From the NCBI GenBank assembly GCA_031409335.1, contig JANNWY010000208.1:1-15516 (forward strand): a stretch of 15,516 nucleotides of DNA, in the 5' to 3' direction. This document shows, piece by piece, positions 1 through 7,967 of the stretch (position 1 is the first letter of the stretch; each line of letters starts with the position of its first letter). The notes beneath the pieces were generated by a model. That model had not been told where the DNA came from, made no database searches, and was given only the letters and a program-made list of their open reading frames with translations. The stretch is from Chthoniobacteraceae bacterium (lineage in GTDB: Bacteria > Verrucomicrobiota > Verrucomicrobiia > Chthoniobacterales > Chthoniobacteraceae). Made by a program: the position numbers and the translations under genes.

Positions 1-138
1 GCGGAGCCCCCTCGGCAGAACCACCCACAAAGCAGCTCCCGTATTGACCTCAATCCCCGAATCATCCACCACTCTCACACGCCACCCCGCCATAGCTTAA
101 TTGCTAGCCACTCTGGCCGGATTCCGGGGTCCACCTCA
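1..138 (+). mobile_element. Terminal part of an IS3-family-like element (IR about 111-138) inserted into the IS5 transposase
   Basis: 111-138 ctctggccggattccggggtccacctca reads TGAGGTGGACCCCGGAATCCGGCCAGAG on the other strand, a TG...CA end typical of IS3 IRs. IS5 transposase similarity starts abruptly right after it (RLQIIWADGGY). The rest of the element is outside the window. Confidence 0.55.
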
Positions 139-485
139 CAGGCTGCAAATCATCTGGGCCGACGGAGGCTATGCCGGTGCCTTGGTCGCCTGGGTCAAAG
201 GCCTGCGCCCCTTCGGCAAACTCCACCTCTCAATCGTCCGCCGCAGCGACGACGCCAAGGGCTTTCAACTCGTCAGAAAACGCTGGATTGATTCGCTGCG
301 CTCACCCTGCGGGCTGGCCTTCGGCGCAGTCTGTCTCGCTGCGCTCGGCTGTCGAGCGCACCTTCAGCTGGCTCTACAAGTCCCGCCGCCTCTCTCGCGA
401 CTACGAGCAGCGACCCGACCACTCCGAGTCCCACATCTACGTTTGCATGTCCCGCCTCATGCTCAAGCGACTCGCCAGAAAGTAG
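139..485 (+). pseudogene. IS5-family DDE transposase, C-terminal half, 5'-interrupted and frameshifted
   Basis: One frame gives RLQIIWADGGYAG...GFQLVRKRWI and another gives VERTFSWLYKSRRLSRDYE...MLKRLARK*. These are the IS5 motifs WADxGY and RWxVERTFxWL..RRL.RDYE. The frames join when the 61 bp at 290-350 are removed. Confidence 0.9.
290..350. mobile_element. 61-bp hairpin-rich miniature insertion (REP/MITE-like)
   Basis: Removing it restores cgc tgg att gtc gag cgc (R-W-I-V-E-R). It is flanked by TG at 289-290 and 350-351, and contains the direct repeat TCGCTGCGCTC (293-303, 336-346) and triloop mini-hairpins. Confidence 0.85.
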
Positions 486-493
486 CTGTTCCG

Positions 494-510
494 ACTTTCC
501 GGATGCGCTC
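494..510 (+). mobile_element. Right terminal inverted repeat of the IS5-family element, followed by a TGA putative target duplication (511-513)
   Basis: actttccggatgcgctc lies 8 nt after the transposase stop. Its reverse complement begins GAG and it is followed by TNA, as in IS1031-group IS5 elements. The left IR is not in the window. Confidence 0.6.
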
Positions 511-541
511 TGAGTTTTGTGTGATCACGCACGACCCATTT

Positions 542-668
542 CTACAGCCTCCCGCCTCTGGCCTCCAGCCTGCCGGTGTGAGGCTTGAGGCCGCAGGCTG
601 GAGGTAAGAAGGGCGCGGCCGTTTCCGCACGGCGAACCTCTGGTCCGCAGCCTGCAGTCTCCAGCCTG
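542..668. repeat. Three degenerate 7-nt-period arrays in alternating orientation (consensus about CTCCAGC / AGGCTGG)
   Basis: 542-572 ctacagc-ctcccgc-ctctggc-ctccagc-ctg; 581-604 aggcttg-aggccgc-aggctgg-agg; 637-668 cctctgg-tccgcag-cctgcag-tctccag-cctg. Confidence 0.75.
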
Positions 669-671
669 TTC

Positions 672-785
672 CTGCCGACGTTTGCGGAAGATGCCGCGTA
701 GCATTTTCGGGAAAGTTAAGACGAACTGGCGGTGCGGGACGTCGTGGCAGACGGAGGCGGCTAGACATTCGCCGGTAGGACGCAA
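672..785 (-). pseudogene. Short remnant of an IS91-family (HUH/Y2) transposase
   Basis: Translation TGECLAASVCHDVPHRQFVLTFPKMLRGIFRKRR matches the VPHRQxVxTxPKxLR segment that follows the zinc-binding domain of IS91-type transposases. It is truncated on both sides. Confidence 0.65.
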
Positions 786-822
786 AACGCGGCAGACAAC
801 ACATGGCCGTCTGCCGCGCTTG
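784..822 (-). terminator. Putative intrinsic terminator of the PEP-CTERM gene
   Basis: Perfect 10-bp stem cgcggcagac (788-797) / gtctgccgcg (809-818) with an 11-nt loop, followed by TTTT on the minus strand, about 27 nt after the stop codon. Confidence 0.6.
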
Positions 823-844
823 GGAAGGTTGTTGTCACTCGTTT

Positions 845-1525
845 TCAGCCGCGCCGGCGGCGTAGCAAGCCAAGCAGGCCGATACCTCCGAGCAGAGTGA
901 TGGAGGGCTCGGGCACTGGCGTGAAGGTGCCCGTGATGTCGTCCACGTTGACCTGTCCACCGATCCCATCGAACACGAGAAAGAGCGGCTGATTTGCCGC
1001 CCCGCCCAGAGTGGCGGCGTCTGGCAGGTTGAAGGTCGCGGTAAAGGGATTCCAGCCTGCGGTATCCACGGGATCAATCTGGATGGGGCTTAGGATGTTG
1101 TTGTTCGGGAGGACGCGGAGGCTGACCTGTAACAAAAGTGATGGGGCGCTGAACCGGTTGTTGATTTGCCCGGAGATCGTTATCGTGGAGAAGGGCTCCG
1201 CATTGACGAATACGCCGGGGCTGAGTTCCAAATCCTGGACGACGTAGCCGCCGACATCGAGGAAGAGCACCGCGATGCCGGAAGGGGCGGTAAACGTATC
1301 CGGATTGAAGAGACCTGATCCATTGCCGAGCGGAAAGTTGTCATCCCATTCGGGCACGCCGCCGGGACCAAACGTGAAGTTTCCGTCGTTGGGGACCAGC
1401 GTTGTGGCATTGGTCTCGAAGTCGCCGTTGTTGATCGCAAGGACTGCGCCCTGGGTCGTAGTCACCGTGGCTGCGGCGGAAATGAGCATGAGAGCCGCTG
1501 GCAGGAGAGATTGATGAAGTTTCAT
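845..1525 (-). CDS. PEP-CTERM sorting domain-containing surface protein (226 aa) with one predicted jelly-roll/CBM-like domain
   Basis: Signal peptide MKLHQSLLPAALMLISAAATVTTTQG, an NGDFE motif, and a C-terminal VPEPS + hydrophobic helix + RRRR. The start was moved to ATG 1525 because the upstream extension overlaps the predicted promoter. Confidence 0.95.
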   Translation of the reverse strand: MKLHQSLLPAALMLISAAATVTTTQGAVLAINNGDFETNATTLVPNDGNFTFGPGGVPEWDDNFPLGNGSGLFNPDTFTAPSGIAVLFLDVGGYVVQDLELSPGVFVNAEPFSTITISGQINNRFSAPSLLLQVSLRVLPNNNILSPIQIDPVDTAGWNPFTATFNLPDAATLGGAANQPLFLVFDGIGGQVNVDDITGTFTPVPEPSITLLGGIGLLGLLRRRRG

Positions 1526-1573
1526 AATGGATTCTGGATGATAGCTGGGGGTTTGGGTTCGGGGGTGGCCGAT

Positions 1574-1602
1574 GGGATATGCTTTCGGTGTTCGAGTGTC
1601 AA
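1574..1602 (-). promoter_or_regulatory. Sigma70-like promoter for the PEP-CTERM gene
   Basis: Minus strand TTGACA (1602-1597), 17-nt spacer, TATCCC (1579-1574), followed by a C/A-rich leader without an SD. Confidence 0.55.
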
Positions 1603-1655
1603 ACATCTTCTTTCATAAAGGATCGGGGGGGTGGAGCTTACGATAAACTACGTCC

Positions 1656-1683
1656 TTTCAAGGCGCATCCCTTTCGCTATCAT
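1656..1683 (+). promoter_or_regulatory. Possible sigma70-like promoter for the CotH/LTD gene
   Basis: TTTCAA (1656-1661), 16-nt spacer, TATCAT (1678-1683). Confidence 0.35.
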
Positions 1684-1716
1684 TCACTCATGTTGATTCG
1701 TTTCTCCCCTACGAAA

Positions 1717-4700
1717 ATGCGCGCGATCCTCGGGTTCATCGCCGTCCTTTTTCTCGCGATGCCACTGCGCGCGGCGCAGACGCTGGTGTTTTCCAATGGC
1801 TCGTTTGAGGCGCAGGCGCTCGGCGAAAACGGATTTATCGCGAACAATATTACTGCGTGGAACGGCGTTGCGAATGCGGGGCCTTTCAATCCGAACTCGC
1901 CGCTGAACTTCGCGCCGGATGGGCTGAATGTGGCCTTCATGGATGCGAGCGGGACGATGCATCAGGACTTGAAGTTCGCGGGGAATGTCGCGGTGCCGGC
2001 ACAGCCGGGCGCGACGGTGACGGTGAACTTTTCGGGACGCGGGCGCTTCGGGCAGGCGGGCTCGATTGTCCTCACGGTGCGGACCACATCGGGCAATGGG
2101 CTTGGCAGTCCGGTGACGGTGTCCGTCGCGGCGAATGCGAGCGGCTACAATGCGCTCGCGGGGACGGTCCTTCTGCCTTCGGCGGCGGTGCTTGGCGCGA
2201 ATGCGGGGCAGCCGCTGAATTTGCTCATCAGCAACACGTCGGGCTCGCAGATGAATGTGGACAATTTCACCGGGAGCTATGCGGTGCCGCCGAGCATCGC
2301 GTCGTTTGCGGCGTCGCCTGCGGTGATCACGACGGCAGGCGGATCGAGCGTGCTTTCTTGGTCGGTGGCAGGCGCGACTTCCCTGACGCTGAATGGCTCA
2401 CCGGTGACAGGCACTTCGGCGAACGTCTCACCGGCGTCCACGACGATCTACACGCTCGCCGCGACGAATGCCGATGGCATTGTGCAGGCGCAGACGGTCG
2501 TCGCCGTGGCGGTGCCGAACAGCCTCATCATCTCGGAGTTCATGGCGAACAATGTCAGCGCGGTCGCGGATGGGAATGGCGCGTTCAACGACTGGGTGGA
2601 AATCGAGAACCGGACGGGAGCGGGCATTGGCACGAGCGGTTACTTTCTCACCGACGATCGCGCGAACCTTGCGAAATGGCCTTTCCCGGCGCGCACGATC
2701 GTGGCGGGCGGGCGGCTGCTCGTCTTTTGCTCGGGCCAGCCGACGACGACTTACAGCGATCCTGCGGGGAATCCGCACACGAATTTCCGCCTCGCGGACG
2801 AAGGCGAATATCTCGCGCTCGTGGGGCCGGGCGGCGTGGTGCTGTCGGAGTTTTTCCCAACGTATCCCGCGCAGTTTCCAAACATCAGCTATGGTCGCGG
2901 CACCGCGCCGAACCGGGTGGCGGAGGCGCTCGTCGGCAGCGGCGCGGCGATGAAGTATCTGATCCCCGGCGCGGCGGTCGCGGGCTGGGAAGGGAGTGGC
3001 TTCAATGATGCGATCTGGACGAGCGGCACGTTGAGCGCGGGCTTTGATCAAAATGTCGGGCCTCTGACGACGGCGTACACGCTTCCGGCAAACTCGACGG
3101 GGAATCAAAACTTCGGCGGTTCGCTCGGCATGGATTTCGACGTGACACAGTCCGTCACGGCGTCGCAACTCGGTGCGTTCGACGCGAGCGGCAACGGCAT
3201 CACCGGCACCATCACCGTGCAGCTTTGGTCGCGGAATAATGCGGGCACGCCGGCTAATTCCGCCGACGACACGGCGGGCTCCGTGCTGGCGACCGCGACA
3301 TTCACGGGCAGCGGTGATGCGCTGAGTGGCGCGCACCGTTTCAAAGCCATCGCGCCCGTCGTCCTCGCGCCCGGTTCCTACACGATCGTCGCCTATGGCT
3401 ACAACGCGAGCGAGCTGCTCTACAACCGCGCGCCTTACCCGACGACGAACAGCGGCGGCGCGCTCACCTTCATCAAGAGCCGCTTCGGCACCGCAGGCCA
3501 GTGGCCGAACACGCCGGACGGGAAAATTGCCCAGTACGGCGCGGGCTCGCTCAAGTTCCAGACGACCCCGGCGGCCAACGCGAACACGAACCTCGCGACG
3601 CCGATGTTCAATGTGAACGCCACCGCGTACGTGCGCATCCCGTTCACCGTGGCGAATGCGAACTTCGCCGCGCTCGCGCTCACGACGACCTACGACGACG
3701 GTTTCATCGCGTATCTCAACGGCACGGAAATCGCCCGCCGCAACGCGCCTGCGTCGCCCGCCTTCAACTCCACTGCGACCGCGTCCATCACGGTGCCGAA
3801 TTTCACCGAGACGATCGACATTTCCCAGCACGCCGGGCTGCTCATCAGCGGAGCGAACGTGCTCGCGATTCAGGGACTGAACGCCGCCGCGAACGACAGC
3901 GATTTCAAAATCGACGCGCGGCTGACTGGCGAGCGCGGCACGACCACGCTCGCGTATTTCACAACGCCGACTCCTGGCACGGCGAACGGCACGGGCATCC
4001 TGTATCCGCGCGTCGTCATCAGTGAAATCCACAGCGATCCGACGGACTCGAACACGTATCCGACGGAGTTCATCGAGCTGTACAATCCCACGCTCAGCGC
4101 TGTGGATGTGAGCGGCTGGGCATTCACGAAGGGCGTCACGTTCACCTTTCCGAATGGCACGATCATCCCGGCGCGCGGCTATCTCGTCATCGCGGAAAAT
4201 CCGACGGTGCTCTTGCAGCGGCTCGGCGCGGTGGGCATCGGGCCGTGGATCGGCTCGCTGAAAAATGACGGTGAAACCATCGAGCTGGTGGACGCGCTTG
4301 GGAATGTCGTGGACCGCGTGGACTACGGCCTCGCGTTTCCGTGGCCAACGGTCGGCAGCGGCCCATCCATGCAGCTTCTCAACGAGGGCCTCGACAACCA
4401 GCTCGGCGGCGCATGGCGCGCGGCGACACCTACGCCCGGCGCACCAAACACGGGAGCCACCGTGAACGTCGCACCCATCGTGCGGCAGGTCGTGCATGCC
4501 TTCACCGCATCGCCGACGCCGACCTCGGTGGTGCCATCGAATGCGCCCGTGACGATCACCGCGAAAATCACCGATGGCGATGGCGTGTTTTCCGCCGCGG
4601 TGGAGTATCAGATCGTCGAGCCGGGGAATTTCATCCGCGTCACCGACCCGGCCTTTTCCACTGGCTGGACGAGCGTCCCGATGGCACTCGCGACCCATGA

Positions 4701-7512
4701 CGGCACTTACTCCGCGGTCATCCCCGGCAGCGTGCAGCAGCATCGCCGGCTCATCCGTTACCGCATCACGAGCGGCGATACGCTCGGCCAAACGATCACC
4801 GTCCCGCTGAGCACCGAGCCGTCGCCAAACTTCGCGTATTTCTGCTACGACGGCGTGCCTGCTTTCACCGCCGCAGTGCAGCCCGGCGTCACGGCGGCGT
4901 CCGCATTTTCCACGGTCACGATGAGGAAGCTCCGCCCGTGGCATCTGCTCTCGAACGCGGCTGACGTGCAGAACTGCCAATACAACGGCGCCTTCAACGA
5001 CGGCGTCTATCGGTTCGCAGGCGCGCTGGTCGTGGATGGCATCGTGTATGACCACGTCCGCTACCGCGTGAAGGGCCAGAACTCGACCTACAACACCGGG
5101 AAGAACAAATGGAAATTTAAGTTCAACCCCGGCCAGCTCATCGACATGCCCGACGACTACGGCCAATCGAAGACGACCATCGAAACGCTCAATATCAGCA
5201 GCGTGCCCGCCCCGTGGGGACCGTGGAATCGCGGCCTCGCGGGGCTCGATGAGGCGATGCAATTCCGCCTCTCGCAACTCGCCGGAGTCGCTGCACCAAA
5301 TGCGAGCCACCTGCAGTTCCGCGTCATCGACGCCGCCGCGGAGTCGCCCGCTTCGCAGTACGACGGCGACCTCTGGGGGCTCTACCTCGCTTTTGAAAAT
5401 CAGGACAATCACTACAAAGACGAACACGGCCTGCCCGACGGCAACATCTTCCGCATGCAAAGCGGCGCGAACCATCTGCTCGGCCAGGGTGCCGGCCAGC
5501 CGGACAACCTCAGCGATTTGAACGCCTTCCTAAGCGCCACGACTGGCTACAACAAAGGCACCGCGGGCAGCGTCGCGACTTATCAGAACGAGGCATGGTT
5601 CCGCGCGAATGTGGACCTGCCGCTCTACTACTCGTGGCGCACCATCACCGAGGTCGTGAACAACACCGACATTCGCGATCAGGAAAACGTTGTCTATTTC
5701 CGCGACCCGCTCACGGGCAAATGGCAAATCCAGCCGTGGGACTGCGACCTCCTTTACGAGCAACTCGACCGCTGGGGACCGAAGGGCACGCAAGCCGATC
5801 CCGGCCAACCGTCCGCGCCGTATGAGCAGATACGCCGCGCGCTCGCCCACCCCGCGCTGCGCATTGAGTTTCAAAATCGTGCGCGGGAATTGCAGGACCT
5901 GCTGCTCAACAGCGATCAGGCGTGGAAACTCGTGGACGAATTCGTCTCGCTCATCACCGACGAAACGCCGCGCGTCATCCCGAACGGTGGAGCCATCGCG
6001 CCGGGCATCGTCGAGGCTGACCGACGCCGTTGGGATTACTGGCCGAATAACCCGGTGCCTCCGCGCGGCAATGGCGCATTCGGCAACTACTACAAGAACC
6101 CGTATCCCATCGGCGACATGGGCAACGGGCCGTTCCCGCAGCCATTTACCCGCACGCTCGCCAGCGCCGACTTCGCCGGTCAGGTGAAGTGGGTGAAAGA
6201 CTTCATCGCCAGCGACGCATACGGCGGCGCGCGGGTGACGCAGTTCGCGCTGAACCAGCGCGACCTTTACACGCTCAATCTCACCGGCTCGACGCAGCAA
6301 ATCCCCAACACGCCCACGCTCACCGACCTCAGCGCCGGGACGCATCCCATCAATGCGCTCACGTTCCAGACGAGTGCCTTCAGCAGCCCGAACGGGCAGA
6401 CGTTTTCCGCGATGCAATGGCGCATCGCCGAGTGCCGCTGGCCGGGACTCGCCGGACACTTGGATGGCAAACGCTGGCGCTACGAAATCGAGGAATCGTG
6501 GGGCAGCGGTGAACTCGCGATTTTCAACAATCAGGTGAGCATCCCCGCGCAGCCGCTCGAAGTCGGCGTGACCTATCGCGTCCGCGTGAAAATGAAGGAC
6601 GCCGCCGGGCACTGGAGCCACTGGAGCGCGCCCGTCGAATTCGTGACCGGCTCGCCGGACGTCTCCGCGTATCAGCAAAATCTCGTCGTCTCGGAAATCA
6701 TGTACAAGCCGAATGGCGGCTCCGATTACGAGTTCATCGAACTGCGGAACCTCTCCACCACCACGACGCTCGACCTCACACCCGTCACCTTCTCCGGCGG
6801 TGTGGACTACTCATTCCCGCAAGGCACGATGCTCGCGCCGGGTGCCACCGCCATCGTCCCGAAAAAACTCGTCACGTTCCAGTCCCGCTACGGCAACGTC
6901 CTGCCGACCGTGACCGAATGGGGCGCGGCCGATTCGCTGAACAACAGCAGCGACACCCTCACGCTCAACTACGGCCAAAACGCCGTCATTCGCACTTTCA
7001 CCTACCAGGCCGTCGCGCCGTGGCCCGATCTCACCGCGCTCACCGGCCACAGTATCGTTTTGAAGCTTCCCAGTAACACCGCGCCCGACCATTCCCTCGG
7101 CACCAACTGGCGCGCCAGCTCCGCCGTGAACGGCAACCCCGGAGCCAGCGACGCGCTCAACTTCACCGGCAATCCAAACGACGACCTCGACCTCGACGGC
7201 CTCAACGCCCTCCTCGAATACGCGCTAGCCACGAGCGACGCGAACAACGCCGAAGGCCGCTCCGCCTACTCGCTAACGCCCGACGCCGCCGTCCCCGGCA
7301 CCTACCTCTTCACCTACCAGCGTCCCCTCGCGGTGGATGACGTGACTTACACCCTCCAAGCCAGCACCGATCTCACCGCAGCATGGACCCTCGCCAACGC
7401 ACAATTCCTCACCCGCACCGCCCCCGTTGCCGGCATCGTCACCGAGACCTACCGCGTCACACCACCGGGCGGTGCGACGAAGTTCTTCGTGCGCCTGCGG
7501 ATCGTGAAATAG
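1717..7512 (+). CDS. Secreted multidomain CotH kinase-family protein with three lamin tail domains (about 1931 aa; alternative start 1690)
   Basis: Signal peptide MRAILGFIAVLFLAMPLRA. LTD signatures LIISEFMANN..DWVEIEN (~2520), VVISEIHSDP..EFIELYNP (~4012) and LVVSEIMYKP..EFIELRN (~6682). CotH motifs RYRVKGQNS..KWKFKF, WGLYLAFE, NNTD..NVVYF and PWDCD (~5060-5750). Ig/Fn3-like segments and a C-terminal DxDxDG..LLEYAL..FFVRL domain. Confidence 0.92.
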   Translation: MRAILGFIAVLFLAMPLRAAQTLVFSNGSFEAQALGENGFIANNITAWNGVANAGPFNPNSPLNFAPDGLNVAFMDASGTMHQDLKFAGNVAVPAQPGATVTVNFSGRGRFGQAGSIVLTVRTTSGNGLGSPVTVSVAANASGYNALAGTVLLPSAAVLGANAGQPLNLLISNTSGSQMNVDNFTGSYAVPPSIASFAASPAVITTAGGSSVLSWSVAGATSLTLNGSPVTGTSANVSPASTTIYTLAATNADGIVQAQTVVAVAVPNSLIISEFMANNVSAVADGNGAFNDWVEIENRTGAGIGTSGYFLTDDRANLAKWPFPARTIVAGGRLLVFCSGQPTTTYSDPAGNPHTNFRLADEGEYLALVGPGGVVLSEFFPTYPAQFPNISYGRGTAPNRVAEALVGSGAAMKYLIPGAAVAGWEGSGFNDAIWTSGTLSAGFDQNVGPLTTAYTLPANSTGNQNFGGSLGMDFDVTQSVTASQLGAFDASGNGITGTITVQLWSRNNAGTPANSADDTAGSVLATATFTGSGDALSGAHRFKAIAPVVLAPGSYTIVAYGYNASELLYNRAPYPTTNSGGALTFIKSRFGTAGQWPNTPDGKIAQYGAGSLKFQTTPAANANTNLATPMFNVNATAYVRIPFTVANANFAALALTTTYDDGFIAYLNGTEIARRNAPASPAFNSTATASITVPNFTETIDISQHAGLLISGANVLAIQGLNAAANDSDFKIDARLTGERGTTTLAYFTTPTPGTANGTGILYPRVVISEIHSDPTDSNTYPTEFIELYNPTLSAVDVSGWAFTKGVTFTFPNGTIIPARGYLVIAENPTVLLQRLGAVGIGPWIGSLKNDGETIELVDALGNVVDRVDYGLAFPWPTVGSGPSMQLLNEGLDNQLGGAWRAATPTPGAPNTGATVNVAPIVRQVVHAFTASPTPTSVVPSNAPVTITAKITDGDGVFSAAVEYQIVEPGNFIRVTDPAFSTGWTSVPMALATHDGTYSAVIPGSVQQHRRLIRYRITSGDTLGQTITVPLSTEPSPNFAYFCYDGVPAFTAAVQPGVTAASAFSTVTMRKLRPWHLLSNAADVQNCQYNGAFNDGVYRFAGALVVDGIVYDHVRYRVKGQNSTYNTGKNKWKFKFNPGQLIDMPDDYGQSKTTIETLNISSVPAPWGPWNRGLAGLDEAMQFRLSQLAGVAAPNASHLQFRVIDAAAESPASQYDGDLWGLYLAFENQDNHYKDEHGLPDGNIFRMQSGANHLLGQGAGQPDNLSDLNAFLSATTGYNKGTAGSVATYQNEAWFRANVDLPLYYSWRTITEVVNNTDIRDQENVVYFRDPLTGKWQIQPWDCDLLYEQLDRWGPKGTQADPGQPSAPYEQIRRALAHPALRIEFQNRARELQDLLLNSDQAWKLVDEFVSLITDETPRVIPNGGAIAPGIVEADRRRWDYWPNNPVPPRGNGAFGNYYKNPYPIGDMGNGPFPQPFTRTLASADFAGQVKWVKDFIASDAYGGARVTQFALNQRDLYTLNLTGSTQQIPNTPTLTDLSAGTHPINALTFQTSAFSSPNGQTFSAMQWRIAECRWPGLAGHLDGKRWRYEIEESWGSGELAIFNNQVSIPAQPLEVGVTYRVRVKMKDAAGHWSHWSAPVEFVTGSPDVSAYQQNLVVSEIMYKPNGGSDYEFIELRNLSTTTTLDLTPVTFSGGVDYSFPQGTMLAPGATAIVPKKLVTFQSRYGNVLPTVTEWGAADSLNNSSDTLTLNYGQNAVIRTFTYQAVAPWPDLTALTGHSIVLKLPSNTAPDHSLGTNWRASSAVNGNPGASDALNFTGNPNDDLDLDGLNALLEYALATSDANNAEGRSAYSLTPDAAVPGTYLFTYQRPLAVDDVTYTLQASTDLTAAWTLANAQFLTRTAPVAGIVTETYRVTPPGGATKFFVRLRIVK

Positions 7513-7529
7513 CGTGAAGGAAGTTGGGG

Positions 7530-7967
7530 CTAGTCGGTTTCGCGAACGACTATCCCGCGGCGCACTGTGAGCCAGGAGCCATCTGGCAGGAACACTGACC
7601 AATCGGGCTGAGACTGTAATGCCGCAAAAGACGTGATCCAGCGTTCGCCGAACAACCGCACGCAAAGTTCTGGAAGATGTCCGCATAAGGAGATGGCTTC
7701 GACGGTGAGCCCCTCCAATGACGCTATGCCACGATTGATACGCCGGTCGCTACTGTTACTGCCGAAAAGAATGGAACGTTGTGACTCGACGCGCCAACAC
7801 CAACTGAATTCGAGTCCCCGCTCCGCTTTGGGATGATTGGTGAACTCGTATGTGTGCGAAAGAGGGCCGATCTCCGCAAACAGAGCGGAGCCGTATCCGC
7901 GCCACGATCGCGAAAGCTCCAACCCGATGAAGGCGCGCGTTAGAACATAGAACTCGGACTGGTTCAT
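7530..7967 (-). CDS. Hypothetical protein (145 aa)
   Basis: The ORF from ATG 7967 fills the gap between its neighbours without overlap. The sequence is protein-like (WRGYGSALFAEIG..WCWRVE..WSVFLPDGSWL) and its codon usage is visibly less GC-biased. Confidence 0.75.
   Translation of the reverse strand: MNQSEFYVLTRAFIGLELSRSWRGYGSALFAEIGPLSHTYEFTNHPKAERGLEFSWCWRVESQRSILFGSNSSDRRINRGIASLEGLTVEAISLCGHLPELCVRLFGERWITSFAALQSQPDWSVFLPDGSWLTVRRGIVVRETD

Noticed and set aside
290..350. Programmed ribosomal frameshift in the IS5 transposase
   Set aside because: The frame change is fully explained by the 61-bp insertion, and there is no slippery site at the junction
1526..1716. Longer ORF-track starts (1606 minus, 1579 plus)
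   Set aside because: They overlap each other and the predicted promoters, and would bury the signal peptides
2428..5475. 1015-aa antisense ORF (also 5530-6678 and 1857-3008)
   Set aside because: Shadow frames of the high-GC CotH gene; R/V/A-rich with no motifs
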